Shown here in pieces: positions 28,641 through 38,219 of a stretch of 64,000 nucleotides of DNA. Source of the stretch: Candidatus Levyibacteriota bacterium. GTDB lineage: Bacteria > Patescibacteriota > Microgenomatia > Levybacterales > UBA12049. The notes under the pieces are model-generated. The model was not told where the DNA came from, did no database searches, and worked only from the letters and a program-made list of their open reading frames with translations. A program made the position numbers and the translations under genes. The first letter of the stretch is position 1, and every line of letters begins with the position of its first letter. The stretch is taken from positions 261 to 64,260 of the forward strand of contig DAIDHK010000007.1 in the NCBI GenBank assembly GCA_027459725.1. Reading direction: 5' to 3'.

Positions 28641-31271
28641 TTACACAATAAAATTCAAAACCTTTCCGGGGACATAGATAACTTTGGCTGGATCAATTAT
28701 AGCTCCACCCAGATGACGTTTTACTTTTTCACTTTGTAAGGCCAGCTCAATAACTTTTACTTTATTCTGGCTGTCATTGATTGCAATTGCTAATACCTCT
28801 CTGACCTTACCGTTAACCTGGATGGCAATCCGCACTTCCTCGCTTACTAAATACTTTTCTTCATAACTAGGCCATTTAGACAAATGGACTGAAGATGACT
28901 CGCCTATCGTGTACCACAATTCTTCGGCCACATGAGGGGCAAATGGTGCAATCAACTGTAAATAAATTTTGGCTTCCGATACATTAACTTCGTTTTGGGT
29001 AGATAGGAAATTATAATATGACATAAGTTTAGCTATAGCGGTATTAAATCTTAATCCTTCCATATCCTCAGTAACACCCTTAATTGTCTGATGCATCATT
29101 TTAACTCGTTCAGAGCTTAACTCTTTTCCTTGATTTGAGACATTAGAAAACATCTTCCAAATTCTTTTAATAAATTTATGCATTCCTTCTATACCTGTAT
29201 CACGAAAGTCTCCACCTTGCTCAAATGGCCCTAAAAACCTCAAATACAATCTTACTGTATCAATGCCAAATTTCTCAATCAAAGGATCAGGCAAAATCAC
29301 ATTCCCCTTACTTTTACTCATCTTAGCACCGTCTTTTATGATTAACCCATGGGCATAGAACTTGCTGAATGGCTCTTCAAAATCTAGATAGCCCATGTCA
29401 TGCAATGCCATAGTCGTAAAACGAGCATAAAGAAGATGTAGCACCGCATGTTCGGCACCGCCAATATATATAGTGACCGGAAGGAATCTGCTACGATTTA
29501 CTAACTCACTAGAAAAATCAGCTGATTCAGATGAAGATTTGTGGTTATTGTGAGATAAATCTAAATCAAATCCATTGGTAAATTTAAGATTAGCTTTAGT
29601 AAAATCTGGTGACGGAAAAGGTACTTCATTCCAATCTGTAGCCAAGTATCGCAGAAAGTACCAAGCGCTATCTAAAAATGTGTCACTCACATCCGTTTCC
29701 CGCCTCGCATCGCTACCACATCCTGGACACTTAACATTATAAAATTCAGGATGATTAGCCAAAGGTGAGATACCAGTTCCTAAAGGCTTGAAGTCTTCGA
29801 TAAATGGCAATAGCACTGGCAAATCTTTATCGCCAACCGGATACCAGCCTGCCCCCTCCCACTCCTCAGGTTTTGTAACATTAGACTGAGTAAACCAGGA
29901 TTTATTCTCCAGCGCACATTTTTCACAGTAAATCATAGGAATTGGTGGGCCCCAGTATCTTTGCCTGGAGATCAGCCAATCACGCAGGTGATAGTTTGAT
30001 TTTGCTTTACCAACACCTCTTTTCTCTATATCAGATATTATCTTAACTATATCCTTTGGGTACAATAGGCCATTCCAGATATCTGAGTTAATTATTTCCC
30101 CAGCTCCGACATATAAACTATTGTGAGAATCATTCTCGGGAGAAGAAATCACATGTTTAATAGGCAAGGAATATTTAACTGCAAAATCGTAATCACGCTC
30201 ATCATGAGCTGGTACAGCCATAATAGCGCCCGTACCGTATGAGGCCAAGACATAGTCAGCAATCCAAATAGGCAATTGCTTACCGGTCAGAGGATGCAAT
30301 GCAAATAGACCAGAGAACACGCCAGTTTTTTCTTTTCCTTCAGTTAACCTCTCCTCTTCTGGCTTATTTTGAACACTTTTGATATATTTCCTAATTTCTT
30401 TCTTAATCTCAGGGTCTATAGAAAAAGTCTCATGAAATATTTGTTTGACTAACTCATGCTCAGGTGCAATAACCATAAATGTTGACCCATACAATGTATC
30501 AGGCCGTGTAGTAAAAATTTCTAGCTCAATACTTTTAGACTGTGGGATGTCTACTTTGAACTTTAAGATTGCCCCCTTTGACTCTCCAATCCAATTAGTC
30601 TGTGCTATTTTAATCTTCTCATCCCAATCCAAACCAGGAATATTGTCCAGCAAACGTTGGGAGTATTTTGTAATCTTGAAGAACCATTGTTCCAAATCTC
30701 TCTTTCCCACAACGGAACTGCAACGCTCGCATTTCCCGTCTATAACCTGCTCATCCGCCAGAACAGTCTTACAGGAAGGACAGAAGTTGACCTTTGCTTT
30801 CTTACGAACTGCTAGCCCATGTTTAAACATTTGTACAAATAACCACTGAGTCCATTTATAATAGTTTGGATCAGTTGTCTCTAGCTTCTTAGACCAATCA
30901 ATCATCGTACCTGCAGCTTCCATTTGGCGATAAAAATTCTCCTGTACTAAACGACCTTGCTCCATGGGATGTTTACCGATCTTCAGTGCATAATTCTCTG
31001 AATGAATACCAAACGCATCCAAACCCATGGGTTCGAAAACATCATAGCCCTGCATTCTCTTGAAACGAGCAAAAGCATCAGTACCAGTTTGCATATAGAT
31101 ATTTCCAATATGTAACCCCTCAGCAGAAGGATACGGAAACATCATTAAGCAATAATAAGGACGTTTGGCATTACCTAAATTAATTTGATAAAGCTTGTCC
31201 AGCCTCCATTTCTCCTGCCATTTACCCACAATTGCATGCGGATCAAATTGTATTGTTTTATCTTGCTTCAT
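28641..31271 (-). CDS. leuS: Leucine--tRNA ligase
   Basis: HIGH-region PYPSAEGLHIGN, KMSKSKGN (KMSKS), and a CP1 editing-domain-sized insert; 876 aa. Confidence 0.95.
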   Translation of the reverse strand: MKQDKTIQFDPHAIVGKWQEKWRLDKLYQINLGNAKRPYYCLMMFPYPSAEGLHIGNIYMQTGTDAFARFKRMQGYDVFEPMGLDAFGIHSENYALKIGKHPMEQGRLVQENFYRQMEAAGTMIDWSKKLETTDPNYYKWTQWLFVQMFKHGLAVRKKAKVNFCPSCKTVLADEQVIDGKCERCSSVVGKRDLEQWFFKITKYSQRLLDNIPGLDWDEKIKIAQTNWIGESKGAILKFKVDIPQSKSIELEIFTTRPDTLYGSTFMVIAPEHELVKQIFHETFSIDPEIKKEIRKYIKSVQNKPEEERLTEGKEKTGVFSGLFALHPLTGKQLPIWIADYVLASYGTGAIMAVPAHDERDYDFAVKYSLPIKHVISSPENDSHNSLYVGAGEIINSDIWNGLLYPKDIVKIISDIEKRGVGKAKSNYHLRDWLISRQRYWGPPIPMIYCEKCALENKSWFTQSNVTKPEEWEGAGWYPVGDKDLPVLLPFIEDFKPLGTGISPLANHPEFYNVKCPGCGSDARRETDVSDTFLDSAWYFLRYLATDWNEVPFPSPDFTKANLKFTNGFDLDLSHNNHKSSSESADFSSELVNRSRFLPVTIYIGGAEHAVLHLLYARFTTMALHDMGYLDFEEPFSKFYAHGLIIKDGAKMSKSKGNVILPDPLIEKFGIDTVRLYLRFLGPFEQGGDFRDTGIEGMHKFIKRIWKMFSNVSNQGKELSSERVKMMHQTIKGVTEDMEGLRFNTAIAKLMSYYNFLSTQNEVNVSEAKIYLQLIAPFAPHVAEELWYTIGESSSVHLSKWPSYEEKYLVSEEVRIAIQVNGKVREVLAIAINDSQNKVKVIELALQSEKVKRHLGGAIIDPAKVIYVPGKVLNFIV

Positions 31272-31390
31272 TAGGCAAAGTATAGCATAAAGAGAATAAG
31301 TAAGTGATAATGTTTGAGCTAAAGATAGTTGAACATTTTTAGATATTAATTTGTATTTTAATTAGCTTTAGCCTAACATATAATCTGCCT

Positions 31391-32089
31391 ATGCATACAC
31401 GTGCTTTATCTTTTTACTTTTTGTTAATCACTTCTTGTTTTCTGACTCTTGCTACACCCAATGTTTATGCGCAAGCTGACAACTTAGACATTGGAAACAT
31501 CCAGTTAAAGAGTAAGAACTTACCCGCTTCTCCACCAACAATCACTCCTGAACCCAAACAGATAACAAATCCTATAATCACCAAGCATATAATCCTAGAT
31601 AAATATTCTACAGGTCTTATTAATATAGACCTGTCCTTACCTCTCTTGTCATTTACTTCATTAGAACCTACTAATCCTCAGTTGCGTAAAAATAGCTTGT
31701 CGATTAATATAACAGGAGACTCCTCTTTGGGATTATATATTTATACCAATGGCCCCTTAACTAATCAATCTAATCAGCAGAACATCCCCGCAACAAACTG
31801 TGATAACGGCAACTGCAGCCCCAATAATACTGATGAATGGAGCAGTACTCTTACCTATGGCCTGGGATATAATTGTATCGGAGGATTAAGTATATGTCCT
31901 GTAGCTTTTACTGATTCTAATTCCTACCGTCCCTTGTCCATCAGTCTAACTAGAGCAATCCCACTAGACACTGGTCTTATGAACACTAGCCAAGTTTACA
32001 GCCTGCTTTATAAATTAAATGTTTCGGCCGAACAAGCTTCAGGAACTTACATTTCGAATGTGGAATATCTATTTTTACCCAACTTATGA
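31391..32089 (+). CDS. Secreted hypothetical protein (signal peptide; possibly WxL-like cell-surface protein)
   Basis: Signal peptide ending VYAQA. No catalytic motif recognised. The C-terminal ...GTYISNVEYLFLPNL is loosely WxL-like (inference only). Confidence 0.4.
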   Translation: MHTRALSFYFLLITSCFLTLATPNVYAQADNLDIGNIQLKSKNLPASPPTITPEPKQITNPIITKHIILDKYSTGLINIDLSLPLLSFTSLEPTNPQLRKNSLSINITGDSSLGLYIYTNGPLTNQSNQQNIPATNCDNGNCSPNNTDEWSSTLTYGLGYNCIGGLSICPVAFTDSNSYRPLSISLTRAIPLDTGLMNTSQVYSLLYKLNVSAEQASGTYISNVEYLFLPNL

Positions 32090-33051
32090 AATCATATCAA
32101 TATATATCTTTGCATATCATTGGTTGCCTAGCTCTTTTGATAATTTTCATGCTCTCTCAGTCAAAACAAGTAAATGCTAATACGAGCCTATCAGCCTCCC
32201 CTTTAATTCAAACATTATCTCTTACTAACGCTTCTCAGTCAGCAAACTTAGCATTAAGTAACAATAGTAATCATAAAATCATTTTTAGCCTCAATATTTT
32301 GCCATTTAAGCAGTCTAGTAGCAGTAGTGATAGGCCGATACTGGGCTCAAAGAAGGTAATTTTGAGTTCTCCCTTTTTAAAAAATATAACTGTAAGTATA
32401 AATAATCAAGCTGTGCAGTCCTTTGCTCTAGCTGCTCATTCCAGTCAGATACTTCAAGTCCATATTCCACCTCAAATCAAACAACAAAAGCCTACAGATT
32501 ATTATTTCAGCCTTATATTATCGACTAGAAATGCTGCCGATACTGTAAATAATACCGCCAAAAAGGAAATAGATGCTTATATAAATCAGAATCTAGCCAT
32601 AGGCACTCTCTTTCTCTTATCACCCACAATAAGTCTTTTACCTCCGTTAATGCCTCCTAGCCTGGTCAAGTTAACTCAGCCAGAATATGTCTATGGATCT
32701 GCTATTAGAGGGAATATTATTCTTAGAAACCCAAACCCTACCTATCAGAATATATCTATTAGTATCATTCAGAACAATATACTAGGCGCAATTATAAAGA
32801 CTACAAGCATGCCAGAATCTTTTATCTTGGCAAAAAACACTAGACAATTTTCCTATGCCCTCGACACTCAGGGTTATGTAGGAATTGAAAATATAGTACT
32901 TAGCATTAAAGACTTGCATTCAGGTAAATCTATTACCTTAACCAGAAGTGTCATATTGCTACCAACAAAAGTGGGTATACTTATATCTATACTAGTATTT
33001 GGTATTTTATATATTATATATAAAATAAAAAAACGTTTAATACAAATGTGA
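32086..33051 (+). CDS. Cell-surface protein with N-terminal signal and C-terminal TM anchor (CscA/DUF916-like architecture)
   Basis: Signal/TM MKSYQYISLHIIGCLALLIIFMLS, a C-terminal TM VGILISILVFGILYIIY plus KIKKR; the 4-nt overlap with the upstream secreted gene suggests an operon. Confidence 0.4.
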   Translation: MKSYQYISLHIIGCLALLIIFMLSQSKQVNANTSLSASPLIQTLSLTNASQSANLALSNNSNHKIIFSLNILPFKQSSSSSDRPILGSKKVILSSPFLKNITVSINNQAVQSFALAAHSSQILQVHIPPQIKQQKPTDYYFSLILSTRNAADTVNNTAKKEIDAYINQNLAIGTLFLLSPTISLLPPLMPPSLVKLTQPEYVYGSAIRGNIILRNPNPTYQNISISIIQNNILGAIIKTTSMPESFILAKNTRQFSYALDTQGYVGIENIVLSIKDLHSGKSITLTRSVILLPTKVGILISILVFGILYIIYKIKKRLIQM

Positions 33052-33701
33052 AGTCGTTATATAGGTCTCTTTTATCAAGTTCTATAGTTTTTTATCCAAT
33101 ATATTCACCTAAATAATAGAATATATACAGCTCTTCTTTTAATTAGGCATTTTAGGTTGCTATATCTTTCTTAGTAAACGTTTATATTTTTTATCACATT
33201 ATTGCTCAGTGTGCCAATTAGAGTGATTATACGAAATTAATAAGAACTTGAATATATCAGCTTGTGTATTACTACAAGATTCTTCGTTTAGAGTTTTTTA
33301 AAGTTAATTTTAATAGTATATCGGGTTAAGTATAAAATGATTTGCAGATAAGACTAATGCGACAATAAATCAAAGCTAAAATAAGATATTTACCTTTGAG
33401 AAACTTTAAGTAGTAACAGAGGAGTCACTTTGATACTTTATGATAGGGATTATGTTTTCACGTCTTCAGATCTACAAACACATTTTCCTATATTTTTCAT
33501 ATAATATTTATAAATCATTTAAATGTTAATTTATTCTAACATATATAACATGACTTTCGTATTTTTTTAATATATCATAATATATCTCTGGTGCCTAATA
33601 TTGTTTTTCCTCATTGACAGTTTACGGCTATTTATCTACTCTAAAACTAGAGTTATTTTTATTCTTTTGCCGCTCTATAATTCTTATAATCTGTATAATC
33701 T

Positions 33702-36700
33702 ATGGCTAACTTAAATTTTGAACAGCTTTATAAAAATCACCTTATCACTCAGCAACCTCCTCTGCAGGATATATCTGTGAAAAACTACTTGTCTGATCTT
33801 CGTAAGTTCGTCTCCTGGTATGAGTCTAATTATTCACATGAATTTAGACCCCAGGATGTTCATTTTGACACAATTCGTGCCTACAAGCAGTCACTTCAGG
33901 AAAGCGCTTATCACTTATCAGACAATAATGCTAATACAGCTTCCGCTCATTCGCTTGAAAGGTATTTCTCCAGCTTGCGTAAATTCTTTAATTACTTACA
34001 ACAAAATGGATATATATATATCAACCCTTTAAGTCATGTATCACAAAGTTCGATAGAGGACCCCTTTCTTTTTAAAGCATTTAAAAACTACCTACTTCGC
34101 GAGAAAGCCAGTCCTGCAACAATTAAGAACTACTTAACTGACATTCAACTATTTTTATTCTGGTTTAGAACCACTTATCAGAACCTAGAACTAAAAAATG
34201 ATTTTTCTTCATATCTAACTGAGGAAATTATTAAAGAGTATAAACAACGTCTTCTTTCAGAGAACATTGCCACTTCAACTATAAACAGACGCTTATCTTC
34301 TTTAAAAAAATACATTAATTATTTGGATATAAAATGTCATACACCACATAACCCTATAGCTATATCTAGCATTCCCTATAATAATACTACTGTTACACCT
34401 AAAACTTCTCCTATTGGAAATGAATCAAACTCCAAGGAATTTAAATATTCTTCTTTTCCCCCACTACGAGTTTGTCAGAAACTTTATAAAGGTTTTGATT
34501 ACTTGATAGATCATACCTTAATAAATCCATTAACATATGGAGTTATTGTTGGACAATATATTATCTGGAAAACTTCGGGTCAAAAAATATTTGTACCTAC
34601 TCAACAAGTTGATTCACAATTTAGTTCTTACATTCAAGATCGTATGAATAGCGTCTATTGGTCTAGGCATCGAAAAAAATACTCACAAGAATTTCTTGCT
34701 CCTATAACAATACCTAACAATATTACAAACAAGCAATCAATCAGTAAATTTGTATCTCCGAAACTAACATATACTATTACCGGTTTTTTAGTTCTTGCAC
34801 TCTTACTCAGCTTAACTTACTTTTTTATTTTTTTAAGAACTTACGTAGTAAATCAAAGAGTCTTAGGACTTCAGACTGCGCAAAGGCTATTATCTTTTCA
34901 AGGAAAACTTCTCGACGCAGAACAAAAACCCATCACCCAGCCTACACAAGTCAGATTTAGCCTCTATAACGATCCCACCAGCTCTGGTTCTGCTCTACTA
35001 TGGCAAACCATAGACACTGTCAAGCCTAATAACAATGGCAACTTCCAAATAACCCTTGGCCAAAATGAAGAGTTGCCACAAACTATCTTTTCTAATAATC
35101 CCTCAATTTATCTGGGAACTACTATTGCCAATAACCCTGAACTAACTCCCCGAGAGGAAATTCCCAGTACAAGCTTAAGTGCGGATTCTTTAGCTTTAAA
35201 TGGTATGGCTATTGTTAATTCCGCTTCTGGTCCACAAAGAAATGTAATCTTGGCCCTGGATTCCTCAGGCAACTTACAGATTGCTGGATCTTCATCACCT
35301 ACTTTTTCAGCTACCAATGGGACATTTACGCTAAGCGGCAACTTGACTGTTATTAAATCAAATGACCAGTCTAATGGTAATGTAGTAATTGCACCAGATG
35401 GTTCTGGCATGATTGACTTACAAAAACCTCTGACAAATACTGCTTTAACAGGTAATTTCGCGGATAATCTGGGCGCCGTAGAAGTTGATGACAGACTGGC
35501 CGTTTGGGCAACCTCCAGTGCTCAACCAGCCTTGCAAATAGAACAAGACGGCACTGGTCCCCTACTCAATGCCAGTTCCAGTGGAGTGTCCAAATTCACA
35601 GTTAGCTATACGGGTACAGGCACATTTGCAGATAATTTAGCTATTAATGGAGGCAATTTAACTAGTAGCGCCAGCACTTTTGGTTTGCTAAATAATGGTC
35701 CGCTCGAACTGGATATTGGGAACTCTGCCTATGACATAAATATAGGTAGCAGCAGCGGCATCATGAGAATCAACAATCCCACGACCGCTCTTTCTGGTAA
35801 TCTGAACATCAATGGAACACAAGGCCTAGCCTTCACCGGTGATAACGCAGGCATCAACTTTAGCGGTTATGATAACCATGTGATAGAGGCAACTCAGGGT
35901 GCATTGTTGATTAATAACGCACAAATAAATAATCCCCAATTCAACTCCAATGTCATAGTTAATAATCAGCTAGGAGTGGGTAATACTTCTCCCCAATTTA
36001 GACTGGATGTTGTAGATGATCAAAAAGCCACAGCTTCAGCCATGATTACTAATTTAAATTCTAATAACTCTCCGCAAGCTTCGGTACTAGCTCTAAAGCT
36101 TGGTAATTCCCAAAGTTCAAATGGACATTTTATAAACTTTCTGGACAGTAAAGGTGAAATTTTAGGTAGCATTCAGGGTAATGGATCAGGAGGGATCACT
36201 TTTGCACAAAGTGGGATAGGAGATTTTGCAGAATACTTACCTAAAGATCCAAATGAGTCTATTCCTACTGGAGCATTAGTCTGTTTTACTCCATCACAAA
36301 CCATCACGCAGTGCAATTCGCAATCTTACTCCTCTCTTGCTGGAGTTACTTCTGCCTCACCTACCATCCTAGCCGGTCACAATAACGGCCCTGCCTCAAC
36401 TCCAGTTGGCTTTGTAGGACAATTGCAGGTGAGAGTAAGCACGCAAAATGGCAATATTCAACCAGGAGATCCAATCTCGGTTTCTGATATTCCTGGCGTA
36501 GGAGTAAAAGCCACTTCAGCAGGACCTATTATTGGACATGCACTCGCAAGCTATACTTCCACTGACCCCTACCTCATTGGTTCAATCTTAGTAGTAGTAC
36601 AACCAAGCTGGTATGACCCAGCCATAGAAATTACTAATGCTGGCAATCTGAATATCAATATGCCGACCACACCTCAGGCAGGAAGCAACACTCATTCTAT

Positions 36701-38150
36701 CTATCAGCTGAATAACAGTAACGGTGTTATCCTAAGTTCAATAGCAGCATACGCTTTAGCAACTATAGCTAATTTACAAGCCGGCATGGTCAACACAAAG
36801 GATTTAGTAGTTAATGATAGCGCGAGTTTTCTGGGGACACTGCAAGCAGATACCATACAAACCACTCAGCTTTCTGCAAATAATATTTTAATCGCAGGAG
36901 TTTCACTACAGGACTATGTCAACAATTTAATTCATCAATCACAATCAAATATTGCCAGCCCCTTATCATCTTCGATTAACAGCTTGGCGGTAAATATTAT
37001 TAGCCCACTTGGGACACAAAGCGCAGTTACTATAAACGGTAATGTGAATATTAATGGTAGTGCAAGTGTATCAGCAAACTTGTCTTCGGCTAACCTGCGA
37101 ACTACAGATGCTACAGTTAGTGGAACATTGTACGCGCACAAAATAGTGGCTGATGAAATTCAAGGATATAATGCCAGTCCAAGCGCCACATATATTACTA
37201 ATGTTACCAATGTTTACCAAACTGCCACCCAAGATGCACAACTAAATGCTAATTTAGCTGATAATACAATCGCTACTTCCAGTGCTAATGGAAATGATGT
37301 TTCAACACAAGAGTTAGCCAATCAAGCTATCACACCATTACCTAACAACATCAATCTTGCTTCATACAGCGCCCAACTCTCAAATACAAATTTACAAGTT
37401 GCTACCCTCAATGTTACAACCGGTTTGATGAGCAGCGGAACAACAAGCTTGGCTGATACTGCAATTGCCGGAGAATTAACCATTAATGGCCGACTAAGCG
37501 TGGTAAATACGGAAATTAATGTAGTCGGTTCTGATTTAGAACTACAACCACTACGTCAAGGCGGTATAGACTTTTTAGATGGTTTACTTACTATTGACCC
37601 AAATGGAAATTTAAATGTCACCGGAAACGCAGTATTTAATCAGAATATTACTGTAAAAGGAGATTTGGCTACAAATACACTCTCCCCTTTGGCGAACAAC
37701 AACTTATCTATTAACTTAGCTACCCCTTCGGCCATCAATAATCCTAGGCTTAATGTTAATAATGCATCCGGAAGTGCTGTCTTAAGTCTTGATCAACAAG
37801 GGAATCTTAGCGCTTCGGGTAGCGGCAATTTTGCCCAAATCATTTCAAATGCCCTTAATATCGTGCATGGAGCGCAGGCAGATACTTCTATTACACAAAC
37901 CATAGCTACTGCTTCAGCCGGAACTGCGGTCATTTATCGAGGCCAAACTGAAAAGACTATTATTACTCCTTACGCTCATGCAACGTCATTAATATATATC
38001 TCTCCCAGCTCAAATACATATGGCCAAACACCATATATATCCCGTCAAACCGACTCAAAAGTTGACCCAAATCAACCGAACAGTTTTACCATCCAAATAT
38101 CATCGCCCGTTGACCAGGACATCCACTTAAATTGGTGGATAGTAAATTGA
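33702..38150 (+). CDS. Giant (1482 aa) membrane-anchored surface fibre protein: two tandem N-terminal integrase SAM-like core-binding domains (no catalytic domain), one TM, and a repetitive ectodomain with tail-fibre-like motifs
   Basis: NYLSDLRKFVSWY...IRAYKQSL...SLERYFSSLRKFFNYLQQNGYIYINP and a second copy IKNYLTDIQLFLFWF...INRRLSSLKKYINYLDIKCHTPHNP (Phage_int_SAM-like). TM TYTITGFLVLALLLSLTYFFIFL. Ectodomain motifs include QLGVGNTSPQFRLDV and a domain NGNIQPGDPISVSDIPGVGVKATSAGPIIGHALASY. Confidence 0.8.
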   Translation: MANLNFEQLYKNHLITQQPPLQDISVKNYLSDLRKFVSWYESNYSHEFRPQDVHFDTIRAYKQSLQESAYHLSDNNANTASAHSLERYFSSLRKFFNYLQQNGYIYINPLSHVSQSSIEDPFLFKAFKNYLLREKASPATIKNYLTDIQLFLFWFRTTYQNLELKNDFSSYLTEEIIKEYKQRLLSENIATSTINRRLSSLKKYINYLDIKCHTPHNPIAISSIPYNNTTVTPKTSPIGNESNSKEFKYSSFPPLRVCQKLYKGFDYLIDHTLINPLTYGVIVGQYIIWKTSGQKIFVPTQQVDSQFSSYIQDRMNSVYWSRHRKKYSQEFLAPITIPNNITNKQSISKFVSPKLTYTITGFLVLALLLSLTYFFIFLRTYVVNQRVLGLQTAQRLLSFQGKLLDAEQKPITQPTQVRFSLYNDPTSSGSALLWQTIDTVKPNNNGNFQITLGQNEELPQTIFSNNPSIYLGTTIANNPELTPREEIPSTSLSADSLALNGMAIVNSASGPQRNVILALDSSGNLQIAGSSSPTFSATNGTFTLSGNLTVIKSNDQSNGNVVIAPDGSGMIDLQKPLTNTALTGNFADNLGAVEVDDRLAVWATSSAQPALQIEQDGTGPLLNASSSGVSKFTVSYTGTGTFADNLAINGGNLTSSASTFGLLNNGPLELDIGNSAYDINIGSSSGIMRINNPTTALSGNLNINGTQGLAFTGDNAGINFSGYDNHVIEATQGALLINNAQINNPQFNSNVIVNNQLGVGNTSPQFRLDVVDDQKATASAMITNLNSNNSPQASVLALKLGNSQSSNGHFINFLDSKGEILGSIQGNGSGGITFAQSGIGDFAEYLPKDPNESIPTGALVCFTPSQTITQCNSQSYSSLAGVTSASPTILAGHNNGPASTPVGFVGQLQVRVSTQNGNIQPGDPISVSDIPGVGVKATSAGPIIGHALASYTSTDPYLIGSILVVVQPSWYDPAIEITNAGNLNINMPTTPQAGSNTHSIYQLNNSNGVILSSIAAYALATIANLQAGMVNTKDLVVNDSASFLGTLQADTIQTTQLSANNILIAGVSLQDYVNNLIHQSQSNIASPLSSSINSLAVNIISPLGTQSAVTINGNVNINGSASVSANLSSANLRTTDATVSGTLYAHKIVADEIQGYNASPSATYITNVTNVYQTATQDAQLNANLADNTIATSSANGNDVSTQELANQAITPLPNNINLASYSAQLSNTNLQVATLNVTTGLMSSGTTSLADTAIAGELTINGRLSVVNTEINVVGSDLELQPLRQGGIDFLDGLLTIDPNGNLNVTGNAVFNQNITVKGDLATNTLSPLANNNLSINLATPSAINNPRLNVNNASGSAVLSLDQQGNLSASGSGNFAQIISNALNIVHGAQADTSITQTIATASAGTAVIYRGQTEKTIITPYAHATSLIYISPSSNTYGQTPYISRQTDSKVDPNQPNSFTIQISSPVDQDIHLNWWIVN

Positions 38151-38219
38151 GCCTGATATTATCATATATATATTTTGTTATATTGACAAAACGAGCAAAA
38201 AACCTGAATAATAAATATT

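Noticed and set aside
28451-28648. 65-aa antisense ORF in the HK-leuS intergenic region
   Set aside because: Cys/His-rich low-complexity translation overlapping the leuS 3' end, with no start context. Likely spurious.
31272-31390. T-box leader upstream of leuS (or argS at 26927-27015)
   Set aside because: The intergenic spaces are only ~120 nt and ~90 nt. That is too short for a T-box (~250 nt), and no specifier-loop/antiterminator T-box sequence (AGGGTGGNACCGCG) is present.
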